Positions 24,299 to 33,586 of a stretch of 64,000 bases of DNA are shown in pieces (positions within the stretch are counted from its first letter, which is position 1; every line of letters begins with the position of its first letter). The translations under genes were made by a program, and so were the position numbers. The DNA lies in assembly GCA_043814545.1 (NCBI GenBank), contig JBDRJY010000004.1, positions 10,788-74,787 of the forward strand, given 5' to 3'. The notes under the pieces are model-generated. The model had not been told where the DNA came from and ran no database searches. It worked only from the letters and a program-made list of their open reading frames with translations. Source of the stretch: an archaeon. Lineage in GTDB: Archaea > Nanobdellota > Nanobdellia > SCGC-AAA011-G17 > GW2011-AR17.

Positions 24299-24453
24299 TG
24301 AGTTGAAGGGGGAACTAGGTCAGGACTGCCTTTCGGGGATGTGTCCGGTCTGACTGTCTTCGTGATGGTCTTCGACGAGTTTCGGCTTGTCACTTGATAG
24401 GTTTCGGCTTATCTACAGAACTTTCGGGTTCGAAAACCCTAGACTTCAACTCA
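24299..24453 (+). ncRNA. Unassigned structured RNA candidate (~155 nt, UUCG-hairpin rich)
   Basis: A 10-bp Watson-Crick closing stem joins 24299-24308 and 24444-24453. Internal hairpins are CGAGU[UUCG]GCUUG (24376-24389), GAUAGGU[UUCG]GCUUAUC (24396-24413) and GAACU[UUCG]GGUUC (24418-24431). There are seven TTCG tetramers and about 50% G+C by my count, against AT-rich flanks. G-U pairs fit the plus strand only. No plausible ORF. Confidence 0.5.
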
Positions 24454-24456
24454 ACA

Positions 24457-25602
24457 TTATTTTCTTCTTATAGTATCAATATAAACTTGCATTGTACGTT
24501 TAGCAATAGCGTCCCAAGTATAAGCTTTAGCTTTTTTCATATTAGCTTCAGACATTTTTTTTGCCATAGAAGGATTATCTAAAATTTTTAAAATAGCTTC
24601 TTCGATTTGTGGAACGTTTCCGTACTTAATGAATAAACCATTTTCAGGATCTTTCATTTCGTAAGGGATTCCGTTCACAGGTGATGCAATGATGGGTAAC
24701 CCTGAAGCCATTGCTTCGAATAAAGTTAAAGGCAAACCTTCTCTGTAACTTGGTAGAACATAAACATCAGCAGCTTGATACATTTCTGCAATATTTTTTT
24801 TACCAGATATTGCACCGGTGATATGAATCTTCGGATGTTTGTTTGCAATTTTTTTCAGTAAAGGTAAACGACCTTCATCTGGTCCGACAAAAACAAAATC
24901 AATATCTTTACGTTTTTTAAGAATATTTTGTGCAGCTATTGCTAAATGTTCAGGACCTTTTGTAGGATTTAATCGGCCAAAGAACAAAACCATTTTATTT
25001 TTTATTCCTAATTTTTTTTTATAATTGTTAGGTTTAATTTTTTCAAAAAGTATTTGATCCATTCCGTTAGGGATGACAACAATTTTTTTCTTGTTAACCC
25101 ATTTTTTTAAGGTAGGAACTTCCCAAGGGGTGATTGCAATGATTTTGTCTGTCATCGCAAATGCTAAACGATTGAAAATAATATTCGTGAAAAACAACGG
25201 TATCTTCACCTTCCACGGTCTGAACGCGTCTGTCCACGGACAATGTGTGGTATGAACATGTGCTGTACCTTTTAATCGGGAAACTAATCCTGCAAATAAA
25301 ACATAAGCGTGTCCGCCGACGTGAGAATGTATAACATCAAACTGATACTTGGACAACTGCCATAACAAACCGGGCCAGATAAAAGTACTTAAAGATAATC
25401 TGAACCAATAGCTAGACCGATGTACATGAACACCGTTAATAATTTCTTCCTTATTTTTAATTCTTTTATACTTGTCAGAATCACAACAGAACATATGCAC
25501 TTCATGCCCTTGTTTAACATACCGCTCAGCTAATTCTTGGATAACAACTTCAACGCCACCGAAGGTAGGCGTATAAAACATACTAACAAAAGCAATCTTC
25601 AT
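24457..25602 (-). CDS. Glycosyltransferase family 4 (GT-B)
   Basis: C-terminal E-x7-E region REGLPLTLFEAMASGLPIIASPVNG and an N-terminal GGVEV motif. 4-nt overlap with the upstream radical SAM gene. Confidence 0.88.
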   Translation of the reverse strand: MKIAFVSMFYTPTFGGVEVVIQELAERYVKQGHEVHMFCCDSDKYKRIKNKEEIINGVHVHRSSYWFRLSLSTFIWPGLLWQLSKYQFDVIHSHVGGHAYVLFAGLVSRLKGTAHVHTTHCPWTDAFRPWKVKIPLFFTNIIFNRLAFAMTDKIIAITPWEVPTLKKWVNKKKIVVIPNGMDQILFEKIKPNNYKKKLGIKNKMVLFFGRLNPTKGPEHLAIAAQNILKKRKDIDFVFVGPDEGRLPLLKKIANKHPKIHITGAISGKKNIAEMYQAADVYVLPSYREGLPLTLFEAMASGLPIIASPVNGIPYEMKDPENGLFIKYGNVPQIEEAILKILDNPSMAKKMSEANMKKAKAYTWDAIAKRTMQVYIDTIRRK

Positions 25603-27149
25603 CCTTTATACCTCATTTTATCGTACCATAATTTAAAGCCGGTAGGCATTTTCCTATACAAAGGTTTGGCAACAGTTTCTCGAACATAATCTTTCGCCCA
25701 AATGTTATAACCGACAAAGAAAGTAGGCCCTTTATGTTTTAAGTTAAATTTAATCATTTTATCATTTAACAAAATCGGCATAAGCTTAGCAGGAATAATA
25801 CCATACTTTTTTTTATTAGCAGTGCCACGCATCATGTTTAAAACTAAATCTAAATATGCATTCTTATTTTTACGCCGAATATGTTGCCATCTGTCCCAAT
25901 AGTTTAACTCTGACGACGGATCTTTACCTTCAGCAGTAACAAAACCGTCGCGAATAGCTTTCTCGTGTAAAGGTGTACCTTCAAAGAAAATTAAATTATT
26001 TACTGATAAGAAAAAAGGTTTAGGCAATTTTAAAATCACGTTTATTGTTGCAAGAACATCTTCCCATTCTTCATATGGATTGGTGGCAATGATATCATAC
26101 ATTACAGTCAATTTATCTTTGAACAGATTAATATTCTCGGCACATTTTTGAACTTGTGCAGATTTCAAATGCCGTTTGTAAACATCTCTATTTAACCTGT
26201 CACTCCCTGATTGTATACCAATGATAATATCTGTAAGGCCAGCATCAACCATGACTTGCAGTTTTTCTTTAGCAGATTCCAAAGAACCACTCGCAGGCTC
26301 AGCCAAACATTTAAACCTGATACCAACTTCAGCTTTGTACCGCCCACAAAATTCTTTAATCCATTCAGTGCTACGAATTAAAAAAGATTCGTCACGAATA
26401 TCAAAGAATCCAATAGAAGGAAACTTTTCTTTTAACCTAACTAATTCTTTGATAACATAATCAACAGAATGAGTTCTAAATATTTTACGATTTTTACCTT
26501 TATACAACTCTCTTATGATATGATTGGTACAATACGTGCATGCTTGTGGACAACCTCTTCCTGTCTGGAAAAAAATCATACCTGCTAAATGTTTTTCTTG
26601 GAACTGTATTAACTTACCACTTTCTAAGATAAACTGATCTTCAAGATTATAATCGGGATGTGCTAAAATATCTAAATTTTCAGGTGCTGCACGTACACCA
26701 TTTTTAATAATTTCATCACCTTTCCTAACCCAGAAATTTTTAACATGAGTAATATCTTCTTTATTTTCTAACTTTTCAGCTAAGTCTACGAAAGCTTCCT
26801 CGCCTTCTCCTCGGCAAATAATGTCACAATATTTTATGCAATCTTCAGGGAAAAATGTCGGGTGCGGTCCACCCCAGACAGCAGGGATATCATGTTTAAC
26901 AAAAATTTTAATCAACTGTTCGGCACGTTTAGTTGTTGATGCCATCGCGGTTATGCCTGCCAAATTATAATCTTTAAACTTATCTTCAATTTGTTTTAAA
27001 ACAGAATCTGAATAAATTTCAGTATAATCTTCAGAGAGAGGTAAAAAAACTAAGTTAACTTTATGCCCTGCACGTTTCAAACACGCCGATAAAGTACGTA
27101 AACCTTGGTCAGCAGGAAAAGTGCTAGTGGAAAACAATACAATCTTCAT
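25599..27149 (-). CDS. B12-binding-domain radical SAM protein (class B-like)
   Basis: N-terminal Rossmann-like domain (KIVLFSTS...LSACLKRAGHKV...GGPHPTFFPE) followed by GRGCPQACTYC (CX3CX2C). Confidence 0.88.
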   Translation of the reverse strand: MKIVLFSTSTFPADQGLRTLSACLKRAGHKVNLVFLPLSEDYTEIYSDSVLKQIEDKFKDYNLAGITAMASTTKRAEQLIKIFVKHDIPAVWGGPHPTFFPEDCIKYCDIICRGEGEEAFVDLAEKLENKEDITHVKNFWVRKGDEIIKNGVRAAPENLDILAHPDYNLEDQFILESGKLIQFQEKHLAGMIFFQTGRGCPQACTYCTNHIIRELYKGKNRKIFRTHSVDYVIKELVRLKEKFPSIGFFDIRDESFLIRSTEWIKEFCGRYKAEVGIRFKCLAEPASGSLESAKEKLQVMVDAGLTDIIIGIQSGSDRLNRDVYKRHLKSAQVQKCAENINLFKDKLTVMYDIIATNPYEEWEDVLATINVILKLPKPFFLSVNNLIFFEGTPLHEKAIRDGFVTAEGKDPSSELNYWDRWQHIRRKNKNAYLDLVLNMMRGTANKKKYGIIPAKLMPILLNDKMIKFNLKHKGPTFFVGYNIWAKDYVRETVAKPLYRKMPTGFKLWYDKMRYKG

Positions 27150-27841
27150 TTTTTCACTCTATATTTTAGTAATAAGTATAAGGCGTATACACCATCTTTC
27201 CAGTTAATCTTTTTACCTTCTTCAATGCTACGCGGTTTGTAAGTGATAGGTACTTCATATAACTTAAACCCTTTCTTTAAAATCTTTGCTGTAACTTCAG
27301 GTTCAAAATCAAAACGTTTAGACTCTAATTCAATATTTTGTAACACATGACTTTTGAAAAGTTTATAACACGTTTCCATGTCAGTGATTGATTGGAAATA
27401 TAAGATTGATGTCATGAAACTTAAAAGATAATTTCCTAAAGCAAAATGTCTATAACTGACAGGATTGTTTTTGTTCAAAAATCTAGAGCCGTAAATTACG
27501 TCAGCATTTTTATTTTTCATAGCTTCAATTAATTTACCATACTCGTTAGGATCATATTCTAAGTCGGCATCCTGGACAATGACTAAATCACCTGTACAAT
27601 GTTTAAACCCTTTCAACAAAGTAGCACCTTTGCCTTGGTTAAATTTGTTAAAAAAAACTTTAACATTTTTATGGTTGATTTTTTTTAATATATTCTTACT
27701 ATTATCAACAGAACCGTCATCAACAATGATAATCTCTTTAGATATTTTATTAGGCAATTTAACTTTAAGAACTTCGTTAACGACCTCTTTCAAAGTTCTT
27801 TCTTCGTTATATACTGGAATAACTATAGATAGTTTATTCAT
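27146..27841 (-). CDS. Glycosyltransferase family 2 (polyprenyl-phosphate sugar synthase-like)
   Basis: LSIVIPVYNEE, VDDGSVDNS and VQDADLEYDP motifs. Soluble Dpm1/GtrB-like catalytic domain. Confidence 0.88.
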   Translation of the reverse strand: MNKLSIVIPVYNEERTLKEVVNEVLKVKLPNKISKEIIIVDDGSVDNSKNILKKINHKNVKVFFNKFNQGKGATLLKGFKHCTGDLVIVQDADLEYDPNEYGKLIEAMKNKNADVIYGSRFLNKNNPVSYRHFALGNYLLSFMTSILYFQSITDMETCYKLFKSHVLQNIELESKRFDFEPEVTAKILKKGFKLYEVPITYKPRSIEEGKKINWKDGVYALYLLLKYRVKK

Positions 27842-27884
27842 CCTAGCATCCTGAATAACGATTTGTATATAAAATTTTGGTATT

Positions 27885-28232
27885 TTGGCTTCGTCTGCTT
27901 GCGTAAATTATTTAAATCCTAAGGAATTCTTTTTATCGATGGTATTACGAGATTTTATATCTGGTTATAGAACAATGGATTTTCTTATGGACAATTATGA
28001 TATTGCTCCTACAAGAGACGACATTTCTAAATCTGAAGAAAAATTACTTAATAAATTAGGTTATCCGATTGAATCTATTGAACGGTTAAACATTAATAAT
28101 GACAAATCTTTAGACGGTATTGCTTACACCTTTGGTGGTGCTTGCAAAACTTTGGTAGAGTTAGGAAAAATTGTTACTAAAAAAGGGTATGAGTTTGTTA
28201 AAGAAATAAAGAGTGGTTCTGGAACTGATTAA
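27885..28232 (+). CDS. Hypothetical protein (start uncertain)
   Basis: ORF with a TTG start. Internal ATGs (MVLRDF, MDFLMD) are alternative starts. No motif recognised. Confidence 0.35.
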   Translation: MASSACVNYLNPKEFFLSMVLRDFISGYRTMDFLMDNYDIAPTRDDISKSEEKLLNKLGYPIESIERLNINNDKSLDGIAYTFGGACKTLVELGKIVTKKGYEFVKEIKSGSGTD

Positions 28233-28307
28233 AACCGTTACTAGCTAGTAAATATCTTTTCTATATACATAAAATATAAAAACGCCTATAAATAGATTCT
28301 AAACCAG

Positions 28308-30704
28308 ATGAGAGGTATTCTACCTAAGCTTGGCTATATATTGTTAATAATTATGTTAGTCATGGCTTTCACTGGTGGCTTATGGATGAACTATACAGAG
28401 CTGGTAGGAAATAAAGACATTGTTTATTTTTCAACAGCAAACAGGTTTTTCACAAACGCAGCTTTTGACGAATTTGGTGAACGGCCGTTATGGAACCCGA
28501 ACATCTTTGGTGGTCAACCTTTAATGTCTAACGTGTTAACGGGCCAATTTTTTCCGGTAAACTTATTTTTTATGCATTTTTACGAAGATTATTACATGAA
28601 CTTTGTTTACATTTTTCATATGATAATAGCGGGACTCTTAATGTTCTGGTTTTCTAAAAAATTAAAACTTAGCAACTTTGCATCAAGCGTGTCAGCAATC
28701 GTATACATCTTTTCGTGGAACTTTACTTTACTTTTCCAGGCAGAACCTGCACCGATTGTTGTTTGTTCTTTGATACCAGGAATATTTTTGGCAGCACAAT
28801 ATCTTTTTGAAAAAAAGAAACTTGTTTACGCTTTGATTTTGGGAAGTGTATTAGCTTTACAGTTTTTGGCTGGTCATGTCCAATACTTTTTTTATAGTAT
28901 GTTAGCACTAGGATTATTCCTTATTTACCATTTTTACTTGGAATGGAAAGACAACACGCCGCAGAAATGTTTGAACGTTTTAGGATTATTCGCTATTGCT
29001 ATAATCTTTTTTATTACATTATCAGCTGTACAGTTGTTACCGTTAGCAGAATTTTCTAGCTTTTCCGAAGGAAGAGGTCCTAATGCAGATTTAAGTTTTG
29101 CAGCGCAGGAATCATTACCTTATCAGCATTTAGTTAACTTAATATTACCAGAATTTTTCGGGTCAAGGTTTACTGATACATACTGGGGCACGCCAAGTAA
29201 CATGTTCCATTTTTATATGGGAATTTTACCTTTGATATTAGCATCGTTAGCAGTCTTATTTTCAAAACGTAAATACAAATGGTTTTTTGCAACATTAGCA
29301 CTGTTAGCTTTACTTTTCAGTTTAGGAAAATATTTTGTAGTATTTCCTATGTTATATTATTTGCTACCAGGTATAGATTTCTTTAAAGTTCCTGCAAGGA
29401 TGTTAATAATTTTCACATTTTCAATGTCGATACTGGCGGGTATGGGTGCAAGTTATGTAATGTCAAAAATTTATAACGCTAGACAATATACAAAATTTAT
29501 TAAAATTTTATTTATTTTATCAGTTTTAACTTTAATTGGCGCTTTAATTTTAGCGTATAACAAAGAATACATTTTATTTTTAGGTGAAAGATTATTGAAT
29601 CATTTTTATTATGTTAAATACGCTGATACATTGTTAGTGCAATCTAACACGTTCGAATATTTCTTAGGAAAATTAGAACTTGTATATTCACAAATTTTTA
29701 ACAGTGTTAGTATTTTCTTGTTCTTGTTTACATTGAGTACAATTATTTTAGGTTTAAGAATGAAAAACCTGAACAGGAATATCTTAAAGTTTGCAATAAT
29801 CGGTTTAATCATTTTAGATTTGTTAATCTTGGTACCGTTTTATCCCTGTTGGGACATTATGCGTCAAGGTGGGTTTGCTGGTCAAACAACTGAAGAGATT
29901 TTATCGCCGACTATAGAGTTTGATTTTCTTTTGGAAGACGAATCTATGTTTAGGATACATGAGTATGCAGTTCATCCAATTATACCTTCCTATTTGGCGA
30001 CAAGAGTAGGTTTGCAAACAATAAGAGGTAGTGAATCATTAAAGTTACAATACTTTGGCGAAGTTTTAAACGAACTTATTGATGATTACACGACTGATTA
30101 CAATGCTAAGATATTGGGTTTGTTGAATGTGAAATACATTTTCTTTAAAGAAAATATTGAACAAGAAGGTTTAACTTTTGTAGAAAGTTTTGAACACACT
30201 TATTATTATTATACAGATGAACAACCAGAACTAGGTTACTCTTATGTTTACGAAAACGATTTGTTAATGCCGAGAGGATTTATAGTTTCTGATGCAAAGG
30301 TTATTACAAACGCTGAAGAAATTAAGGAAGAGTTGAAAGAGTTTGACCCGAAAGAATATGTCATTTTGGAAGAAGACTTTGAATATTTAGACAACGATGC
30401 TTTGTATAAGGAAGCTGTTATAACTTATTACTCTCCGAATAAAGTGATAGTAAATGTTAACATGGACTCGCCAGGTTTTTTAGTTTTGGGAGATACATGG
30501 TACCCTGGTTGGGAAGCATATGATAATGGAAAAGAAACAAGGATTTTCAAAACTAATTATGTTCAAAGGTCTGTTTATTTAGGAGAAGGTGAGCATGAAG
30601 TAGAATTCGTTTTCAATCCGTTAAGTTACAAGATTGGCTTTTTGTTGACTTTTTTATCTTTACTAGTTCTGTTAATTTATTTAGGTTCACTTGCTATAAT
30701 GTAG
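28308..30704 (+). CDS. YfhO-like polytopic membrane glycosyltransferase (GT-C fold candidate)
   Basis: 798 aa with more than 12 TM segments. C-terminal globular part with LGDTWYPGWEAYDNGKE...FKTNY, the YPGW-x-A-x-DG signature I associate with the YfhO family, plus a terminal TM. Confidence 0.65.
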   Translation: MRGILPKLGYILLIIMLVMAFTGGLWMNYTELVGNKDIVYFSTANRFFTNAAFDEFGERPLWNPNIFGGQPLMSNVLTGQFFPVNLFFMHFYEDYYMNFVYIFHMIIAGLLMFWFSKKLKLSNFASSVSAIVYIFSWNFTLLFQAEPAPIVVCSLIPGIFLAAQYLFEKKKLVYALILGSVLALQFLAGHVQYFFYSMLALGLFLIYHFYLEWKDNTPQKCLNVLGLFAIAIIFFITLSAVQLLPLAEFSSFSEGRGPNADLSFAAQESLPYQHLVNLILPEFFGSRFTDTYWGTPSNMFHFYMGILPLILASLAVLFSKRKYKWFFATLALLALLFSLGKYFVVFPMLYYLLPGIDFFKVPARMLIIFTFSMSILAGMGASYVMSKIYNARQYTKFIKILFILSVLTLIGALILAYNKEYILFLGERLLNHFYYVKYADTLLVQSNTFEYFLGKLELVYSQIFNSVSIFLFLFTLSTIILGLRMKNLNRNILKFAIIGLIILDLLILVPFYPCWDIMRQGGFAGQTTEEILSPTIEFDFLLEDESMFRIHEYAVHPIIPSYLATRVGLQTIRGSESLKLQYFGEVLNELIDDYTTDYNAKILGLLNVKYIFFKENIEQEGLTFVESFEHTYYYYTDEQPELGYSYVYENDLLMPRGFIVSDAKVITNAEEIKEELKEFDPKEYVILEEDFEYLDNDALYKEAVITYYSPNKVIVNVNMDSPGFLVLGDTWYPGWEAYDNGKETRIFKTNYVQRSVYLGEGEHEVEFVFNPLSYKIGFLLTFLSLLVLLIYLGSLAIM

Positions 30705-32069
30705 AACACGTTTCATTAACCAACCTAATTGTGCAAATTTAATATCTTTCATAAGTCCCCACATTATCCTTGGCCGTGCATAAAATTTAAACTGTGCTTG
30801 AGAATAAAACTTTGTAAGCTCTTTATCACTTAACCCCTCTAATTTTCTATATGTTGAATGTTTAAAATAATCCATTGCTGACCAATCAATATTATCTAAG
30901 TCGATTACACCATTTTTGACATTTTCTTTAAATATTTGCGAACCAGGCATTTCTGTAAAAACAAAAAATCCTGCTCTGTCTAACGGTAACGATAATGCAA
31001 AGTCAATTGTTTTCTGGATAGTTTCCTTGGTCTCATTTGGAAAACCTAATATGAAAAATCCGGCAGTTTTTATTCCGTACTTTTTCAATAACTTAATTTT
31101 TCCAGGAATAATTTTCAAGTTTAATCTTTTATGTATAGAGTTTAAAATTTCTTGGCTACCTGATTCGATGCCTAGGCATAACGAATAACATCCAGACAGT
31201 TTCATTTTCTTAACCAGTTCTTCATCTAAGGAATCAATACGTACACCGTTAGGACAACTCCAATGAATCTTTAGCTTCCGTTTAAGAATTTCATTACAGA
31301 TTTGTACAGCCCTCTCCCTAATCATCGTCATATTATCATCAATGAACTGTATTTCTTTAACGCCGTAAGTTTTAACTAAGAACTCTATTTCGTCAACAAT
31401 ATTTTTCGCACTACGTGTTCTAAATGTAACGCCCCATACGTTGTTACTTGAACAATAACTGCATTGATAAGGACAGCCTCTAGAAGTTAACACTTGTGCG
31501 ACTGGGAACTCTTTATACACAGTACCTTGCGGAGCTTTTGGATAACACTGTGGATTCATTTTGTCCCATGCAGGCATTGGAAGTTCGTCTAAATATTTTA
31601 TCAAAGGCCGTCGAGGATTTTGTTTAACTTCCTTTTCGTCCCAATAAATCAAGTTTTTTATCTTTGAAACATCTTCATTATTTTCTAATTTGTTAACAAG
31701 TTCTAACATTGCATATTCACCTTCACCGTTAACACCATAATCAGCTTTGGTTTCTTTTAATGAATATATTGGCAATGCTGACACATGCGCTCCTCCGATC
31801 ACAACTTTAATGTTATCTTTTTTTAACAATTCAATAACTTTTTGCACATTGTAATAATAAGCAGTCATAATGTTAATTGCTACTAAGTCGGCTTTCGTAG
31901 CCTTAATTTTTTCAACAGTCTGTTCGATTGTTAATTGATCTTTGATAGCGTCAATTAGAAAACATTGATGATTATTCTTCTCTAAGACAGCTATCATATA
32001 ACCTAATCCTATTGGCGGTGTTACCATATGCATGTCTTTGTATGGCGGATTAACAAAAGTAATTTTCAT
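30687..32069 (-). CDS. B12-binding-domain radical SAM protein (class B-like)
   Basis: KITFVNPP...PPIGLGYMIAVLEKNNH...GGAHVSALP, then SRGCPYQCSYC. Confidence 0.88.
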   Translation of the reverse strand: MKITFVNPPYKDMHMVTPPIGLGYMIAVLEKNNHQCFLIDAIKDQLTIEQTVEKIKATKADLVAINIMTAYYYNVQKVIELLKKDNIKVVIGGAHVSALPIYSLKETKADYGVNGEGEYAMLELVNKLENNEDVSKIKNLIYWDEKEVKQNPRRPLIKYLDELPMPAWDKMNPQCYPKAPQGTVYKEFPVAQVLTSRGCPYQCSYCSSNNVWGVTFRTRSAKNIVDEIEFLVKTYGVKEIQFIDDNMTMIRERAVQICNEILKRKLKIHWSCPNGVRIDSLDEELVKKMKLSGCYSLCLGIESGSQEILNSIHKRLNLKIIPGKIKLLKKYGIKTAGFFILGFPNETKETIQKTIDFALSLPLDRAGFFVFTEMPGSQIFKENVKNGVIDLDNIDWSAMDYFKHSTYRKLEGLSDKELTKFYSQAQFKFYARPRIMWGLMKDIKFAQLGWLMKRVLHYSK

Positions 32070-32233
32070 ATTAAGTTTTTTGGATAAATTCTATTTATAA
32101 AAGTTATGTAGAAAGGGCTCAGTTAGACGTTAGAGGTGTTTTACTTAGTTTATTTTTACGTAAACCTTATAAATTCTAACTAAATAATTTTTATAACAAT
32201 CCTTTTTGATTATTTAAAAAATGGTTTTAGAAA

Positions 32234-33586
32234 ATGTTGCCTAAGAATTTTAAAATTGCTGTAATTAATGTTACTAATAAGAAGAAAAAATTTGCAATTA
32301 ATAAAGATCTGAATGGAGGATTTGGTACGGCCGATTCTTATTCAGGTACTATTTACGAACATTTAATTAAACTTATTAAAAAAAAGTCTATAAAATTGCC
32401 AATTTTATCCTTGGCTTATTTAATGGGAATATTCAAATATAAAAATTTAAATGCGAGGTATTATGAAGGAAGATTTCCTAAACAAAAATATGATTTAATT
32501 TTGATTTATGGTTCTATTGTCGATTACAAATATGAAAACTTTGTTGCTCATGCTTTAAAAAAACGTTTTAAGAAAGCGAAAATAGGATTTATTGGACCTT
32601 TCCCTTCTGTCAAACCTGATTTGTTTAAAATGGGAGATTTTGTTATTTTGGGAGATTTTGAACATTTTTTTCTAAAAGAATTTAAAGATTTGAACCAGCT
32701 TAACGGTAAAATTTTAGTAAAAGAAAAATTGAACTTAGACGACTTACCTTGTCCTGAATTAGAAGGTTTTCCTATTAAGGAATATAGCTATTACCCTGCA
32801 ATAACCAAGAAACCATTTTTTGCGTTACAGAGTTCTAAAGGTTGTCCTTATAGTTGTTCTTATTATTGTGTTTATGGTGCTTTCCAAGGCAGTAAGGTTT
32901 TTGTTAGGTCTCCTCGAAAAGTCGTCCAGGATATTATTTATCTTCAAAAAAAATATAAAATGAAAGGTTTTCAATTTAGAGATCCCACTTTTGGTATTAA
33001 AAAAGATTACATAGAACAATTCTGTAACGAACTTAAAAAGAATAAGGTAAAAGTAGAATGGGGCATAGAAACAAGAATTGATCTTTTAGACAAGAAAAAA
33101 ATAAAACTTATGTTTGATACGGGATTAAGAAATATCAATATTGGAATTGAGACTGTTTCTTTAGAAATCGCCAAGAAAAACAAACGTTTAATGACAAATA
33201 TGAAACAACAAGAAGAATTTATAAAATATTGTGAAGACTTAGGGATTAAAATATCTGCTTTTTATCTTCTTGGTTATGAAGGAGATACAAAGGAAACTAT
33301 GGGGGCTGTTTTAGATTATGCAAAAAAATTGAATACATTTCTTGCAAGGTTTGCTGTATGTACACCTTACCCCGGAACTAAATTTTTTGAAGATTTAAAA
33401 AACAAAGATAGAATTTTGACTTTTGATTATGAAAAATATACCCAATTCAACTTGGTTTTTAAACATAATTCTTTAACTAATAAAGATATAAAAAAGATGC
33501 TTTCTAAATCATATAAAGAATATTATTTTAGATTAGATTATATATTGAGCTTGGTAAAATGGAAAATAAGAGAGTTTTGGTTATAG
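32234..33586 (+). CDS. B12-binding-domain radical SAM-like protein with variant CX3CX3C motif
   Basis: Same architecture as its paralogues, but the cluster motif reads SKGCPYSCSYYC (32843-32869), one residue longer between Cys2 and Cys3. Confidence 0.72.
   Translation: MLPKNFKIAVINVTNKKKKFAINKDLNGGFGTADSYSGTIYEHLIKLIKKKSIKLPILSLAYLMGIFKYKNLNARYYEGRFPKQKYDLILIYGSIVDYKYENFVAHALKKRFKKAKIGFIGPFPSVKPDLFKMGDFVILGDFEHFFLKEFKDLNQLNGKILVKEKLNLDDLPCPELEGFPIKEYSYYPAITKKPFFALQSSKGCPYSCSYYCVYGAFQGSKVFVRSPRKVVQDIIYLQKKYKMKGFQFRDPTFGIKKDYIEQFCNELKKNKVKVEWGIETRIDLLDKKKIKLMFDTGLRNINIGIETVSLEIAKKNKRLMTNMKQQEEFIKYCEDLGIKISAFYLLGYEGDTKETMGAVLDYAKKLNTFLARFAVCTPYPGTKFFEDLKNKDRILTFDYEKYTQFNLVFKHNSLTNKDIKKMLSKSYKEYYFRLDYILSLVKWKIREFWL

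Noticed and set aside
24299-24453. Calling the structured RNA a tRNA, SRP RNA or RNase P RNA.
   Set aside because: - tRNA: there are no D-arm or T-arm positions consistent with the 7-bp acceptor-like stem.
- SRP RNA: the conserved helix-8 motifs are absent and the length is about half that expected.
- RNase P RNA: GGAAAGUCC is absent, and the CR-V-like pieces (CGGCUUAUC, ACAGAAC) are in the wrong order for a canonical P4.
- I therefore left it unassigned and flagged the resemblance only as something to test.
24394-24582. 62-aa plus-strand ORF.
   Set aside because: It spans the 3' half of the structured RNA candidate and runs antisense into the GT4 gene. It has no start signals and Ser/Phe-rich shadow composition.
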